Origin: Camelus ferus
Taxonomy: Eukaryota
Assembly: GCF_009834535.1 (NCBI RefSeq)
Contig: NC_045696.1
Span: forward strand, 80,726,001 to 80,790,000
Direction of reading: 5' to 3'
DNA length: 64,000 nucleotides
The notes under the pieces were generated by a model. It worked only from the letters and a program-made list of their open reading frames with translations. It was not told where the DNA came from and made no database searches. The position numbers were made by a program, and so were the translations under genes. Of this stretch, positions 1 through 13,704 are shown in pieces. Within the stretch, counting starts at the first letter, position 1; every line of letters starts with the position of its first letter.

Positions 1-690
1 AAGCATACAGTGAAGTACTGTTAACTATAGCCACCATGCTGTACATTAGATCATCAAAACTTATTCATCTTATAATTGAATGTTTGTACCCTTTAACCAA
101 CACCTCCCCATTTCCCCAGCTGCCAGCCTCTGGCAACCATCATTCTACTGTTTCTGTGCATTTGACTTTTTTAGATTTCACATATGTGAAATCATACAGT
201 GTTTGTCTTTCTCCATCTGACTTATTTTACTTAGCCCCAGATGCCCTCAAGTTTCATTCAGTCATTGCAAATGGCAGGATTTCCTTCCTTTTTATGACTG
301 AATAACATTTATTGTGTATACACACACACACACACACACCACATTTTCTTTATTCATTGATCCATTGATGGACACTTAGATTATTTCCATGCCTTGGCTA
401 TTGTAAATAATGCTGCAATGAATACAGGGGTACAGATACCTTTTTGAGATAATGATTTTTTGTCTTTTGGCTACGTGCCAAAAAGTGGGATTGCTGCATC
501 ATACAGAAATTCTATTTTTAGTTTTCTGAGGAACTTCCCTACTGTTTTCCATAGTGACTGCACCAGTTACATTCCCACCAACAGTGCACCAGGGTTCCTG
601 TTTTTCCACATCCACGCCAACATTTGTTATCTCTTATCTTTCTGGTAGTAACCATTCTAGTAAGTGTGAGGTGATACCGCATTGTGGTTG
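1..690 (-). mobile_element. L1 (L1MA-like) ORF2 C-terminus plus 3'UTR fragment, running off the window start
   Basis: ORF 539..964(-) contains TMRYHLT...NKCWRGCGKTGTLVHCWWECNW, the L1 ORF2p Cys-rich C-terminus. L1 3'UTR-like sequence continues to position 1; (CA)n at ~320-340. Confidence 0.9.
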
Positions 691-3600
691 TAGTAACTAT
701 TTCTGTCACCATTCTTGTGAGTTGCTTGAGGTTTCCTTTCTGGAATCTGTTTTCCATTGGTTGCCATTTTGGAGAAAATTGCTGCCTGGTGTAGGACTGC
801 AAGACCAGCATAGCAGGGGATAAATTCACACTGGAATTAAAATGCACTTTAGTAGCCTGGCTAGTTAGGTAGTCTTTCTTATCAATATAAATAAATGCAG
901 TATCAAAATAGAGAAACACAAACAAAAAATTCCTGGAAAGGGCAAGGGAAGCCTTGGGCCCCAAAACACCTTAAACAAACAAACAAGGCATTATGAAGTA
1001 TGTGGATTTTAAAAAATAATTAGTTCTATTCTCTCTTAACTACATCCCTTTTCAGTTACCTTCTAATTACTCAAAATCCTCATGCTCTTTCCATATTAAT
1101 GTATTAATAGTGCATCATCACTTACTACTGTACAGCGAACCACAGGACCTGCCTATTCCCAGCCTCACAAGGTCTTGAATATTTGTGGCTTGCTGATTCC
1201 TTAAGTTCCTTCACAGCCAGTTTTCATTTTCTGAAGGAACCCTCCTTCTGAAGTAAAACTTCTCTAGAAGAAACCAGCTTCTCTCTCAGTTTTCAAGCTT
1301 GTCCCTCAATAACAGCTTTTTTTCCCTTGATTCTCAGCAAGAATTTCTCCTGAATTACCCTAATGTAAAAGAGATCTATGGGGATTTCAACCACCTCAGC
1401 TGATTCCACTTAACCTCTTGAGACTGATAATGACTGAATCAATGACTTAATAATGTGCTGCTTTGAAAAGGCCAGATTTATCTTTTTGTACTGACAACAA
1501 ATTCATTAAAATAAACTTCATTCAACACCAAGATTATTAAACTTTTTTTTTTTTTTTTTTTGCATACAGTATGTGGCCTCTTTGGAGTATATGTGCAACA
1601 GGAGTCTCAGCTTGAGTCTTAGTAGACATGTCTGGCCAACTTGTAGAAAAAACCCACCAGAAATCTACCACCAGAAACCTTAAATGTTGGCTGAGAAGCA
1701 TCCTGGGAGGGACCCAACCATACGAGAAGAAGGAGCTAGGCAATAGGATGGGAGGGATGATTTTGAGTTCAGCGAGGTGGTTATCACTTAGCTTTTAACT
1801 CCTGGCCTGGACTTATATCTGAGCCCCAAAGAAAGAAAGCAGGACTATCAGAAATAAAAACCAGGAGCTGCTCTATTTCAAAACATGATGCTGAGGCAGG
1901 AGGGGAACTGGCTGGCTGCACAATGCCAAGAGAGGAATGAGACATCCTTCCCAACACAACACTCTGAAGCTTTAAGCCTTTGACTCAAAGGGCTTTGTTG
2001 CCTCCACTGTTGGAGAAGACAGAGCAACCCTCAGACATGGCGGCATGTAGTGGGTGTCCAGAGGGTGGTAGCATAGTCAGAAATGCAAACAGCAGAGGCA
2101 GACCTCTCTAGGAGCACACACAGTGCACATCCAGGAGCATCTAGAAATACTTGAGAAGCACAGGCAACTGAGGTCCTGCAGATGGTCCTGCCGGAAGGTA
2201 GGATAGAAGTCCATGGAATGGAATTTGAGTTCTTAACATTAACGTGAATTGTTAGTATCCCCAAGCTACAGAAGTCTGAGGAAACAAGAATTAAATAAAA
2301 TTCCAAGTTCTATGCTGGGCAGAAGTAAAATATGTCTGAAGTAAAATTAAGTAACAACATGACTATGTAGTTTTCTTCATATCAAAACTGGATATTTGGT
2401 TGGAAAATATATTTAGACCACAATCCGGCCACAAGTAATGTATGCTTTTATATGTTTTGACGGAATAAAAAGCAGATCCAAGCTGTCAACTGGTGACCTA
2501 GCTTCTCCAAAAAACTTGTAAAGCAAATTAATTACAGAATTTACAGTTGCAAGCACATTTTCCTGAGTTCTTCTGGTTTCATGTTTTTTTACTTCCAAAT
2601 CTTGTTAACTTCTAATATACTTATGATGTGGATTTGTTCTTAATGCAGAACACATTTTAATATTCTTATTTTTGGCAAGATTTTACACAAACATGTTACT
2701 TCCAGAAAGCAATTTAGTAAGAAATTAATAGAAACACCTTTATAGTATTCATAGGTGTTTAGTCTTGAATAACATGTGGAATCAGATTTTTTAAATCCTG
2801 TAATTGCTAAAATTAGCATTAAAAAACTTGACTTTTATCCTTTGTAGTAAAAAAGCACCATGGAAATGCATACAAGATAAAAGAGAGATGAATATTAATT
2901 TTAAAATTTAATGTTTATTGATTTTTTAAATTACAAAAATAGTTTTCTAATTGTAGAATATTTAGAAAGTTGAAACACATTAATAAGAACACAAACCCTA
3001 GGCCTGTAATAGTGATTGTTGGAGACAACCAGTTATAATTTGGGGGTGTTTCTTTTTCATATTTTCCTATTATATCTACATATAGTAAATGGGGATCATA
3101 TTGTACAGCAGTTTTTATATCCTACACTTGATCTTGGCCAAAAGGCTGAGACGCGATGGTTTTTATATTCTGCCATATTTCTACCAACTGTATTTTCTTA
3201 GCTCTTATTTCTCTAATAGTTTGGAAGGGACAATTACATTTTTTTCTATTAGTGATTATCTTTTTGTCATTAAAAGCTCTTTGAAATATTTTTATCTCTG
3301 CTTATCAAGGTTAGAAATGTAACTGTATCTATTAATTGTCACCTATGTCAACTGAGAAATCTTTCAGGCTTTTACTGTCCTTACCGTCTCTCTCCACTTC
3401 ACAGTTTTGATTGATGTAGTCCAGAATGTAGATCTAAATTGTTGTCGTTATTTTACATGATCAACTTTTCTTTGAAGATATTTTTGAAATTTATTTTTTC
3501 TTGTAATCATATTGGTAACAGTCTTTAAGATGTTACTGCTGGTTCAACTAGTTTCCTTTGCTTCCTACCATTCCTTTTCATTATGGCCCTTTCATTCTGT

Positions 3601-3814
3601 TCTTTTGATCCATCCCTAGCTTGGCTGGAATGTATCCCTAAATTGAGAGTATAATACTTTCCTAGCACTGGCTAATAGGAGAATATTGGTCTTTCCTACA
3701 AATGACCTCTTGACTAAGTACAGCATTCTTTTCCTCCCAAGCTTGGAAGCCAGTCTTCATTTACTGCTGCTATTTGGTTCTCTGGAGAAGTCCATGATTT
3801 TTCTTTCCTTGGGG

Positions 3815-3992
3815 CACTGGTTCTCAACTCTGGCTGCACATTCAAATCACTGAAGGAGATTTTTGAAAATATCAATGCCAAGGCTCCTCCCAGAATAATT
3901 AAATCAGAATGCTTAAGGAGTGAGCCCAGACACTAGTATTTTTTAAAGGCTCACCCATGATTTTAATGCATAGTTGCGGTTGAGAACCACTG
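3815..3992. mobile_element. MER5-type hAT-Charlie MITE
   Basis: Terminal inverted repeats cactggttctcaac / gttgagaaccactg with a MER5-like internal sequence. Confidence 0.8.
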
Positions 3993-4419
3993 CTTAAGAA
4001 ATAAGCTGTTTTTTTTCTTGTCTGGTTGCTTCTAGAGGTTTTTTTTTCTTCTCCTTAAATCTTGTAACATTCAACAGGCTATGGCGAGGTGCCTATGTCT
4101 CTTCATTACTACCTGGTAACTTTTAATTCTACAAACTCAGCAATTTCCCCCTATTATTCCTTTGGCTATTGCTTTCGATATATCCATTCTATTTTCTCTT
4201 TTTTTGGGTTCTTAGGACATGTTGATTGGATTTCCTGCATCTCTCCCTGATATTTTCCTTATTTTCTCTCACCATTTTATCACTTTGTCCTTATGTCAGT
4301 TTCAATTTCTTATTTATATTTCTATTCATTAATTTTATTTTCTATGGTTTTCAGTCTGCTATCTATTGCCTTTAACAGCATTTGTAATTCTGTGGTTGTA
4401 TTTCTCATTTCCATACAAT

Positions 4420-4808
4420 CTGCATTGTCCAATGTTAGCAAGATCCCTGCTAAATCAGTTTGGTAAGAACACCCTGCCCTTCACATCTGACCCCACTTCA
4501 TATCTGATCAGGTTCCTCATCCTCCACCACCCCCAGGTGATGTCTGATCACCCTAGCCTGCGTTCAGCTAGAATCCTGTTACGTCAGTTCAGCCAGAATC
4601 CCCCTTTACCCCTGATATTCCCTCTCAGTTATTTTCCATCGACTGACTTCCATCCTGCTCCTTTGACCATATGTCCCACTTTTCTTTGTTGTATTCAGAC
4701 TCGAACCCAATCTCTCGCCTCTACTTCAAAACCACATTGTAGTCTCCCTGAATAAAGTCTGCTTTCCCATTCTTTAACAAATGTCAAGAATAATTTTTTT
4801 CTTTAACA
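4420..4808 (+). mobile_element. MER31-like ERV1 LTR (5'-truncated)
   Basis: gatgtctgatcaccctagcctg...cagccagaatcccc, an AATAAA, and the terminal tttctttaaca match the remembered MER31 consensus. Confidence 0.75.
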
Positions 4809-4844
4809 CATTCTCAGTTTAAATGTTTACAAAGCAATCAGTAC

Positions 4845-5017
4845 TGGTTCTGGGTTTTTTTCAGGGTCATAGACTCTTTTGAGAACTTGATTCAAGTTGA
4901 ATCTTATTCCCAGAAAAATGGCCACATAATAAAGTTTGCATAATGTTTTCATAGCCCAACTCTTCAGATCTCTGTGATCCCTACTGAAGGCTCATGAACC
5001 CTATGATAGACACCTGG
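4845..5017. mobile_element. MER117-like hAT-Charlie element
   Basis: gggtcatagactcttttgagaacttgat...cccagaaaaatg...tttgcata motif string. Confidence 0.6.
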
Positions 5018-6207
5018 ACTAAATGAAGTTCTATTCTTGCTCAATATTCACTTATAATCAAACAGAAGGTGAAAGCAATTGGCTCAGAAGTTGAATGTGT
5101 GTTCCTGCACACATGTTAAGTCCACATGAAAAGGTGGTACTTCCCCTGTTCTAGACTTGGTTTGATGAAACCTCTTTGAGTTAAAAGGTTTCAGTGGTGT
5201 TCTGACAGAGTGTCTGTTGCTTATTTTGCAGTCACTCATTCTTGCCATGTAGGTGCGACCAGCTGTATAACAGGTAGCAGAAATCACCTGGATTTTCTTG
5301 CAGTCACCCACATATCCCCATCTTCTAGTTTTACTTAGAAATTTAAGATACAATGGTTCTATCAAGAAAGTCACTCTCTTTAATACAAGGGTACAGCCTC
5401 CACTTCCCAATCCTGATAAATCACCGAGGGGATTTGCTCTTCCTGTCCTCTCACTTTTTCATTCCATAGATTGTTTAGTCTTGTAATGCAGCTAAGGAGA
5501 TATCAGAGGAAAAACAATCCCCCCTCCTTTGTGGGTAAACAACACTTTTTCTGCCTGGATTCTTTTGGAAGTCTATTTCACCTTGAAACTGAGACTTCAA
5601 CCAGGATGTGTCTGGATGCAGATTTCTATTCATTTATTAATTTTTTCCTGGTATTTAAGAAGCTGTGTTGATCTGCAGGTTAAAATTTACCTTCAGCTTA
5701 CAAATAGCTCCTTTGTTTGTGGTCTTAAATATTGTTCCTCTTCTATTTCTTCAAATTTGTTTCTTCAAAACCACCATTATCCACCCAGTGACTCTTCACT
5801 GTTCAGGTACCACAGCTCTTATCTCTCCAAATGCACATCTCTCTTGTCTGTTTTCCCTGTCTTATTCACCATGGGAAATTCATCAAACTTGTCAACTGTA
5901 TTAATGATTCAGCTTTCTATGTTGTCAGGTCCACTCTCCACTGCTGCTAATGAAGTACAAAGTCTCATAATGGCATAATTAATTTCAAATGCTTCTTCTA
6001 TCTCTCAACTAACTCCCTCCTCAACTCTGTCCAATTTACCTTTTATCCCTCATTTCCAAGTGTACATATATTTTTAAAAATTAAGAGCATAATACAGATG
6101 TATCTAAAAATTTCTGTTCCTAAACTATGTATGTTTCTTTGATCCAATTTTCCTCTACCTTTTGACGCTGTGTTTTCTTTCCTTTATACCACAAATTCTT
6201 TGTGGGG

Positions 6208-6690
6208 TTATGGCAGAATCTGCTAGTTATCCCCCAACATCTATTTTCCCTTTGTCCATAGTAATAGAACTCTGCTTTTTAGCTGGGCACCTGGCCCCTG
6301 AAATAAAATCTACATGTCCCAGACTCTCTTCTAGCTAGGTGTGCTTAGAAAACTAAGTTCCACCTAGTAGGAGGTAAGTGGAAGTGTTCTGCGTAACTTC
6401 CGGGAAGTGTGTCTAAGTGGAAGGGAGGGTGTCTTTCGTCATCTTTTCTTGTGGCTGGAATGCAGATATGACGACTAGAGCTCAAATAGCCTCTTGGACA
6501 GTGAGGTAAAAACCATGTGCCAAGAATGGCAGAACAGTGAGATAGAAGGAGCTCGCTGAGCAGCACCAGATCAGGCCTGGACTGTCTCCTTCTGGGCTTC
6601 TTTTAGGTAACACTGAAATAAACTCTCTCTCATTGAGGTTACTATTATTTTGGATTTTCTGTCTCAGTCAAACCTAGTCCCACCTGATAT
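6208..6690 (+). mobile_element. MLT1J-like MaLR LTR
   Basis: tggcagaatctgctag...tagctaggtgtg...ggctggaatgcagatatga...aataaac...ttggattttctgt, characteristic of MLT1J. Confidence 0.7.
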
Positions 6691-6981
6691 GGGAGTTTTC
6701 TGTTTACTTATATTTAAACAGTGAGATTCTTTCTAGTTATCTCCTCCAGAAGCCAGGTGAGGGGACTTTTTAAAAAGTCTTTTTCTTCTTTTTCTTAAAA
6801 ATACTTTTAGGGATCTCTTAAATCTGAGAAGAAGGTATGTGGTTAGTTCCTTCATCTAACTACTAACAACCTCAGGGATCAGGGCTATGTGCAATCTTGG
6901 AGAGGAAATTTCATCTCATTATTCCCTCTTTTTTTTTGTTAAACATGTATAACTTATATATCATAAGTTGCACAAATTATC

Positions 6982-6984
<3 letters not shown>

Positions 6985-7024
<40 letters not shown>
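6985..7024. repeat. (AC)20 microsatellite
   Basis: Perfect AC run read directly. Confidence 0.97.
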
Positions 7025-7027
<3 letters not shown>

Positions 7028-7172
7028 TAATATTTAACACTGTGTAGATCTAGAAATAGAGTATTTCCTACCACCCAGCAGGCTTTTTTTTGCTGCCCCT
7101 CCTCAGTCACAGAACCTTGCTCTATTGGATGGCTTTGGACTTCACACAGGTGCAATCAAATAAGTATGTACC

Positions 7173-7581
7173 TGTGGCAGCCATGGACGTGTAGGTTTGT
7201 TACTCAGATTTCTCTTCAAGAGACAATCTGCCACAAGGAGTGCATTAGTTGACAGTCTCCAGATGTGAGTGCTTCAGGATCTGCCTCAGCTTTTGCGTCA
7301 AGGTCGTGCGCTTGCATCAAAGTCAGCTGAGCACAGCGGTACCAGGGTTTGCCATTTCTGGCTGTTAGAGACCCCTCTATGGGTAATCTTCTGGTGCTGT
7401 TGAAACTGCTTGTTGCACTGGCCAAGACTTTCTCAGGCTGAGGCTCTTTCTACCCAGCTTCCCATCCTTTGTTCACTAAATATCAGACCTGAAGGCCTTC
7501 CCTGCCCACTCCTATTCCCAGCAAATCTTTTGCATTTGTAACTCAATTTTGGCATCTGCTTCTTAATGGACCCAACTATCA
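7173..7581 (+). mobile_element. LTR16C-like ERVL solo LTR
   Basis: TG start tgtggcagcc, ctcagatttctcttcaagag, ggccaagactttctcag, and end ttggcatctgcttc...ggacccaactatCA. Confidence 0.75.
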
Positions 7582-10029
7582 TCCTACTCTTTTAAGTCTG
7601 TTTTCTTTTGCTCAAAATTATGTTCAGATTCATCCATATTTTTGCATATAGTAGTAGGTTGTTCTTTTTCATATGGATGTGGATATTCTAAAATATATAT
7701 ATTTGGCTTTATTAATAAAGTTGCTATGACTTTCCTTGCACATGTATTTTGATAGATATAAGTACTTATTTCTATAGGGTATATACCTAAAAGTGGAATT
7801 CTGGGCCCTTGAGTATACATATGTTTAGTTTTAGTAGACACTGTCAAGCATTTTTCTAAAGTGATTTTTAAAAAATCAGTTAATACACCTACCAAAAGTT
7901 TATGAGAGTTCCAGTTGTTCTACATCTTTGCCAGCAGTTGGTACTGTTAGATACTTGTCTCTAACTGATAATGTTCACACTTAGTGTTTGTTTATCTATC
8001 AATTTTTCTAAAGTAACTGTTAAAGTATTTTACCCAGTTTAAGCTATTTTTTTCAGTTTTATTCTTACCAATGTTATTCTTTTTACAGTCTGGATGAGTC
8101 TTTGTCAGTTTCTTCTATTGCAAATATCTTCTCCCAGTCTGTAGTCCTCCTTATCACTCTCTTAATATTGTCTTTTAATAAACATAAATTGTTTGTTTTA
8201 ATAAAGTCCAATTTTTCAATGTTTTATTTTCTGGCTAGAGTTTTTGGTATACTATTTAAGAAATTATGCTGAAACAAAAATAATGAAGACATTATATTTT
8301 CCTCTTGAAGCTTTGTTGGTTTACTTTTCACACTTACATCAGTGATCCATTTCAAATTAATTCTTATGTATTGTGTGAGGGTGAGGTCAAAATCTGAAAA
8401 AAATCTCTATCTATACTTCAACTTGTAAAGTTTGTTCCTTGTATTTTGTGGAAGGGCTGTGCATTTGACAGATTTGGCGGTAGCATTTCTGTCCAGGGCT
8501 TCTGTAGGGACCCCCAGGCTCACTGCTGGTGTGAGGTGCAGCTGCCCAGGCCTGGTCTCCAGCCAGGGGCCCACTGCATCAGCAAAGAGCGCTGCTGCTG
8601 GCGACAGCCTGCTGCTTGAGGGAGCCACTAGGCCTCGCCTTCACGCCCAGCTCACAGACACAGTGCCGGTCTCTGAAGTTTGGGGGAACCATCCTGTAAC
8701 ACAACTACTGCCACCGTGCTAGCGCCTTATGCTTGAAACATTTACCATGGTTTGCTACCTTTGCTACCCTCAAACTCATTCAATTTTCAAGAGCCAAAAG
8801 AATCACTGATGGGCCCTGCAGTTGGCCTCCAGGGATCTCGTCCCTGGCAAATTGGCCCTGGATGTCCTTTAATCTGGTCCCAACTGCACAGGATTTAGAA
8901 GAAATTCTTTGAAGTTTCTGGCATTTGTATGGTTTCCTTCCCTAGCTTCCAGTACTGATTTAGGGTTTTACATATTTTAAAATTTTCTAGGTCATTCTGG
9001 ATGGGACTGGGAGGCAGGTGGTTCAAATATGTGCCCTCAACCTCCCATATTTCCCCTGAAGTGTCTTTTTACTTTTAGCCTTGCTGGGATTGTGGAGAAA
9101 ACTGCATTTCTAGGAGAAACAGTATTTATTATCAATAGTAAACTACTTATTAATAGGGGCAATATATACTTAATATCCATTTATTATTCACATATTTGTT
9201 TATCATATATTTCATGCTAGTCTTTATTTCTAAGCACTTTTTGAGATGTAATTGAGATCTTGCTATATATCAATTTTTTATATTACTTATGAAACTTTTT
9301 ATTGCACTATTTTATTGCACCTTGAGCATTTCTCCTTGATAATTTTTCTTTTATATATGTACTATAATTCAATTTTTATTCATTGTATGTGAATGCATAT
9401 CTGTATTTATTTGTGTAGACAAAGGAAAAGCTGTGGAAAGATACGCACTAGACTGTAAACGGGTGTGGACCTTGTAGTAGGAGAGGAAGAATATTACTTT
9501 TACTTCATAAATGTCAACATTGTTTAAATTGTTAGCACAAAGTGCTTTTTAAAATAAAATATTCTTTGCTTTTTTAATTTCTTGATTCAATGACTGTATC
9601 ATATTTTATTACCCATTTTATTATGTTGCTATTTAGGTAGTTTCTATTTTTCTTATTATGTAAATGTCTTTGTTCTTAAGGCTTCATACATCTACATATA
9701 CACATAATCCTTAGGACTTATTCCTGGGAAATAGAATTACTCCATAAGAACATTTACAAGCCAAATACTTAATTATTTTCCAAAATATTTTTTCACTTCC
9801 TATTTTACAAGCAGGACATGAAATTACCCTGTTTAAATTATAATTAGGTCTGGCAGTTTAAAAAACTAACAATGGCAAAAGATAAATAAAGTCACTGTAA
9901 TAGCCACTTCAAAAAAAACCTGAAGAATTAAAACCTAACCTGAAAACTAAATTAGCCCTGACAGTAGCTAAAATATTTAAGATTAACAATATTCCATAAA
10001 TAAGACCCTCAAAGCCCTTATATTTTGTT

Positions 10030-10432
10030 AAGTCCAGAAGCAGCAATATAGGATGATATGGTGCTTCATGAAAACATTAAGCACCCAGCTTCTCTGTGTT
10101 TCACCATGGCTGCCATCCTCAGGGTCACAAAATAATTGCTGGAGCTCTAGCCATTGCATCCCCATTCCAGGGAATAGGAAAGAGGAAGAGGAACACTGAA
10201 AGAGGACTACTTAACTATCTGAGTCTATTTCCCTAAGGGACCCTATTTGGAGTCCAGCAATGCTTTGACATTTCAAAGCTTTATCTTAGCCATAAAGCCA
10301 CACTTAACAAGTGAGGCTGGAAAATATACCCTTTTGTTAGAGCACATTGCTGCCTCAAATAAAATCAGGATTCTGTTACTAGGTAAAAAGGGGAGATGGA
10401 CATTGTATAGAAAACTGGCAGACTCTGCTGTA
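10030..10432 (-). mobile_element. MLT1K/J-like MaLR LTR fragment
   Basis: ggtcacaaaataattgctggagctctagcc...gcacattgctgcctcaaataaaatcaggattctgttacta. Confidence 0.6.
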
Positions 10433-10539
10433 CCACAATATCTACCATTCTACTTTCATCATAATTAAATGTTTTCTGGCTTAAATTTGAGCTTTTTTGT
10501 TGTTATTAGTGAGGTTTTATATTTATATGTCTACCTATA

Positions 10540-10915
10540 TGTTACACACAGAGTTCTTCAGGAAAGAGATCCTGAGGTGGAGATTTGTGCACTAGAAACT
10601 TCTTAGGGTCAATACCTGCGGGGCAAGGGAAGAAAGCAGGGCTGGAAAGAGGCAGAAGCTGGGCTGAGAGGCAGTCTCAACAAATGTTTCAGATAAACCA
10701 TAAGGAATTCTGAAGCTGAAGTGTCTCTTTAGAATTGTTCCAAGTTAGGGTGAAGGGAACAGGATTTTATACCCTATTTCAACCATTCATTGGATGAAGG
10801 GTGACTGAGTAAAAGGAGCATGCCCCTGGGGGAGGCAGCTTTTTTCAGCCAAGGCAATTCCTAACGCTGGGAGAGTAAGTCTCTTAAACCAGCAGGGTTA
10901 TCTGGGTGGGGCAAT
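10540..10915 (-). mobile_element. LTR16A-like ERVL LTR
   Basis: ctgaggtggagatttgtgca...ggcagaagctgggctg...ttataccc...cattggatg...gaggcagct, matching antisense LTR16A. Confidence 0.7.
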
Positions 10916-12801
10916 TTCATTTCCTCTCTTATAATTTGTCTCTTCATTTCCTTTGCTCATTACAATAACTTAACGTTAAATTTAAAAAGCACTATATAAA
11001 ACTTCAACGTGTCTTTTATTTAAATATTCCCTGTTTTGATCTGCTCATCAAAACACTACAGAACCCCCATCCAGATTTTACATATGTTAACATAAATGCC
11101 ACATTTGCTTCAAATTTCTGTCTTTTTAAAAAAAGAAACAAATCTTTTCCTATACAACTAAAGCCCCACCTCTAATCTTTTCCTACTCTCTCTCTCCAGG
11201 AATAACTATTGTCGTTTGTATCCCTCCTATGCATACTTTTATACTTTTAGCAGATATGTAGCCAATGATTAATTTTTACAGCTTAATAGATTATTAACAT
11301 TTTAACAAATAACTAATTTAATGTTTACTAGTGAAGGTTCAAAATAAATAGGAAATCATATTTATAAATATTATATATAAATTTTCTTGCAACTCATAAC
11401 AGAAAAGTATTTTTTCATGGAGCTACATTTGTTGATTCAATTCTTATTGTTATCCACATCTCTGAGTCTATTAGAAAATACTGAAAAATCCTTACTTTTC
11501 AGAAGCACCAAAGAGAGTGAAAAGAAATCACTTTAGAGGTCAACAAACAAGTCATATCCAACCTCTTTCTCTTAATGATTCTCCTCCTCAATCTCAGACT
11601 AAGAGGAAGTAGACTGAAATGAGTAGTGGGGGAGCATGAACCATTCTTTATTTGTTAAAAAGCAAGGGTCTACAACCAAGAAAAAAGGGGAAAGACTCAA
11701 ATTACTAAAATCATAAATGAAAGAGGGGCCATTACTACTGATCTTACATTAGTGAAAAAGGATTATAAGGGAATACAATGAACACTCACATGCCAACAAA
11801 TTAAGATAGCCTAAGTGTAACTGATGAATTCATAGAAAGACACAAACTGCCAAAACTGACTCAAGAAGAAACTGAAAATTTAAATAGACTTATAACCCAC
11901 AAAAAAAATTCACCAATGAAACCATCTGTAATTAAAAAGCTAAACAAAATAAAACAAAACAAAAAAACTCTCTACAAAGAAAATCTCAGGCCCTGATGGC
12001 TTCATTGGTGAATTTTACCAAATGTTTCTAGAATAATTAACATGAATTCTTCACAACTCTTTCAAAAAATAGAAGAGGAGGGAACATTTCCCAACTCAAT
12101 CTATGAGTCCAGTATTGCTCTGACACCATAACTAGACAAAGACATCACAAGGAAAAAAAAGAAAGACCAACATCTTTTATGAATACAGATCAAAAAACCT
12201 CTCACAAAATGCCAACAAACCAAATCCAGCAATATATGAAAAGAATTCTACACCATGACCATATCAGTTTTATCCCAGGAATGCAAGGTTGACTCAGTAA
12301 GTGAAAATCAATTAATATAATATACCACATTAATAAAATAAAGGACAAAAATCACAAAATCATCACAATAGATAGAGATAAGTCATTTAACAGAAATTTA
12401 GCACATTTCGTGATAAAAATACTTAACAAACTAGAAATAGATGGGAACTTCCTTGGTCTGTTAAAGGACACCTACAAAATATCCACAAATAACATCATAC
12501 TTAATAGTGAAAAACTTAAAGATTTTTTTTATCAGAAACAACATTGTACTTGAGGTTGTAGCTAGCATAAGTAAGCAATAAAAAAATTTTTTTTTAAGGC
12601 ATTCAGAGTAGAAAGGAAGAACCATCTCTATTTGCAGATGACATCTGGCATGTAGAAAATCCTACAGAATCCATGAAAAAACCTATCGGTGTTAATAAAC
12701 AAGATCAGCAATGTCACAGGATGGAAGATCAACATACAAAAGTCAATTTATTTCTATAAACTGGAAATAATCTGAAAATTAAATTAAGAAAATAATTCCA
12801 T

Positions 12802-13017
12802 ATATATTCTACAATTTAAAAATTGTAGAATAGATAAACAAGATTATACTGTATAGCACAGGGAAATATACACAAGGTCTTATGGTAGCTCACAGAGAAA
12901 AAAAATGTGACAATGAGTGTGTACATGTCCATGTATGACTGAAAAATTGTGCTGAACACTGGAATTTGACACAACATTGTAAAATGATTATAAATCAATA
13001 AAAATTGTTTAAAAAAA
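12802..13017 (+). mobile_element. Younger lineage-specific L1 3' end with 5' fold-back
   Basis: tagataaacaagattatactgtatagcacagggaaat...gacacaacattgtaaaatga...A-tail. TSD aagaaaa(t/g)aattccat at 12786-12801 and 13018-13033. Confidence 0.85.
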
Positions 13018-13521
13018 AAGAAAAGAATTCCATGTATAATAGCATCAGACACAATAAAATACTTAGGGTTGAAGTTAACAAAAGAAGTAAATACCTGTGT
13101 GCTGAAAACTACAAAACATCACTGAAAGAATTAAAGAAGGTACAAATAAATGGAAAATTATCTTGCGTTCCTGGATTAGAAAACTTAAAGTCATTATGGC
13201 AATAATGTCCAAACTGATCTGTAGATTCAGTGTAGTCCTTATCAAATTCCCAGCTGTCTTTTTTTTTTTTTTTTCTGAAAAAGCTAGACGGTACTAGCAT
13301 AAAGGCAGATATATAGATCAATGAGATAAAACTGAAAATTTGGAAATAAGTCTTTGTATTTATGGTCAATTAATTTTTTAGTAGGATCCAAGATAATTCA
13401 ACAGGCAAGGAAAAATCTTTTCAAAAGATGGTGCTGGGATAATTAAAAATCCACATGTAAAAGAATGAGATTGGATTTCTGCCTCGCACCAAATACGAAA
13501 ATTAACTCAAAATGGATTAAA

Positions 13522-13704
13522 GAAAAAACAAACAAACAAAGGAACTCAAAGAAACGTCTAGAGGTGATGGACATGCCTATTACCTTGATTGTGGTGAGGG
13601 TTTCTTGGGTGTATGCTTATATCCAAAACTTATAAAATTATATACATTAAATAACAGCAGTTTTTTGTATTAATCAATTGTACCTCATTAAAGCTGTTTT
13701 TAAG
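13522..13704 (+). mobile_element. L1MD-like 3' end nested in the older L1
   Basis: gaggtgatggacatgcctattaccttgattgtggtga...tacctcattaaagctgtt. Perfect 12-bp TSD aaatggattaaa at 13510-13521 and 13705-13716. Confidence 0.8.

Larger units (their letters stand above)
3350..6200 (-). mobile_element. Very old, fragmented LINE (HAL1/L1M-like) interrupted by younger elements
   Basis: T-rich degenerate antisense L1-like tracts between the recognised insertions. Boundaries are uncertain. Confidence 0.3.
6940..8400 (-). mobile_element. Old L1ME-like 3' fragment split by an LTR16C insertion
   Basis: ORF 7584..7895(-) contains the degenerate L1 ORF2 motif IPLLGIYP. L1 3'UTR-like sequence lies on both sides of 7173-7581. 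Confidence 0.7.

Noticed and set aside
539..964. 141-aa Cys/Trp-rich ORF as a gene
   Set aside because: Its C-terminal part is decayed L1 ORF2p; the rest is chance open frame.
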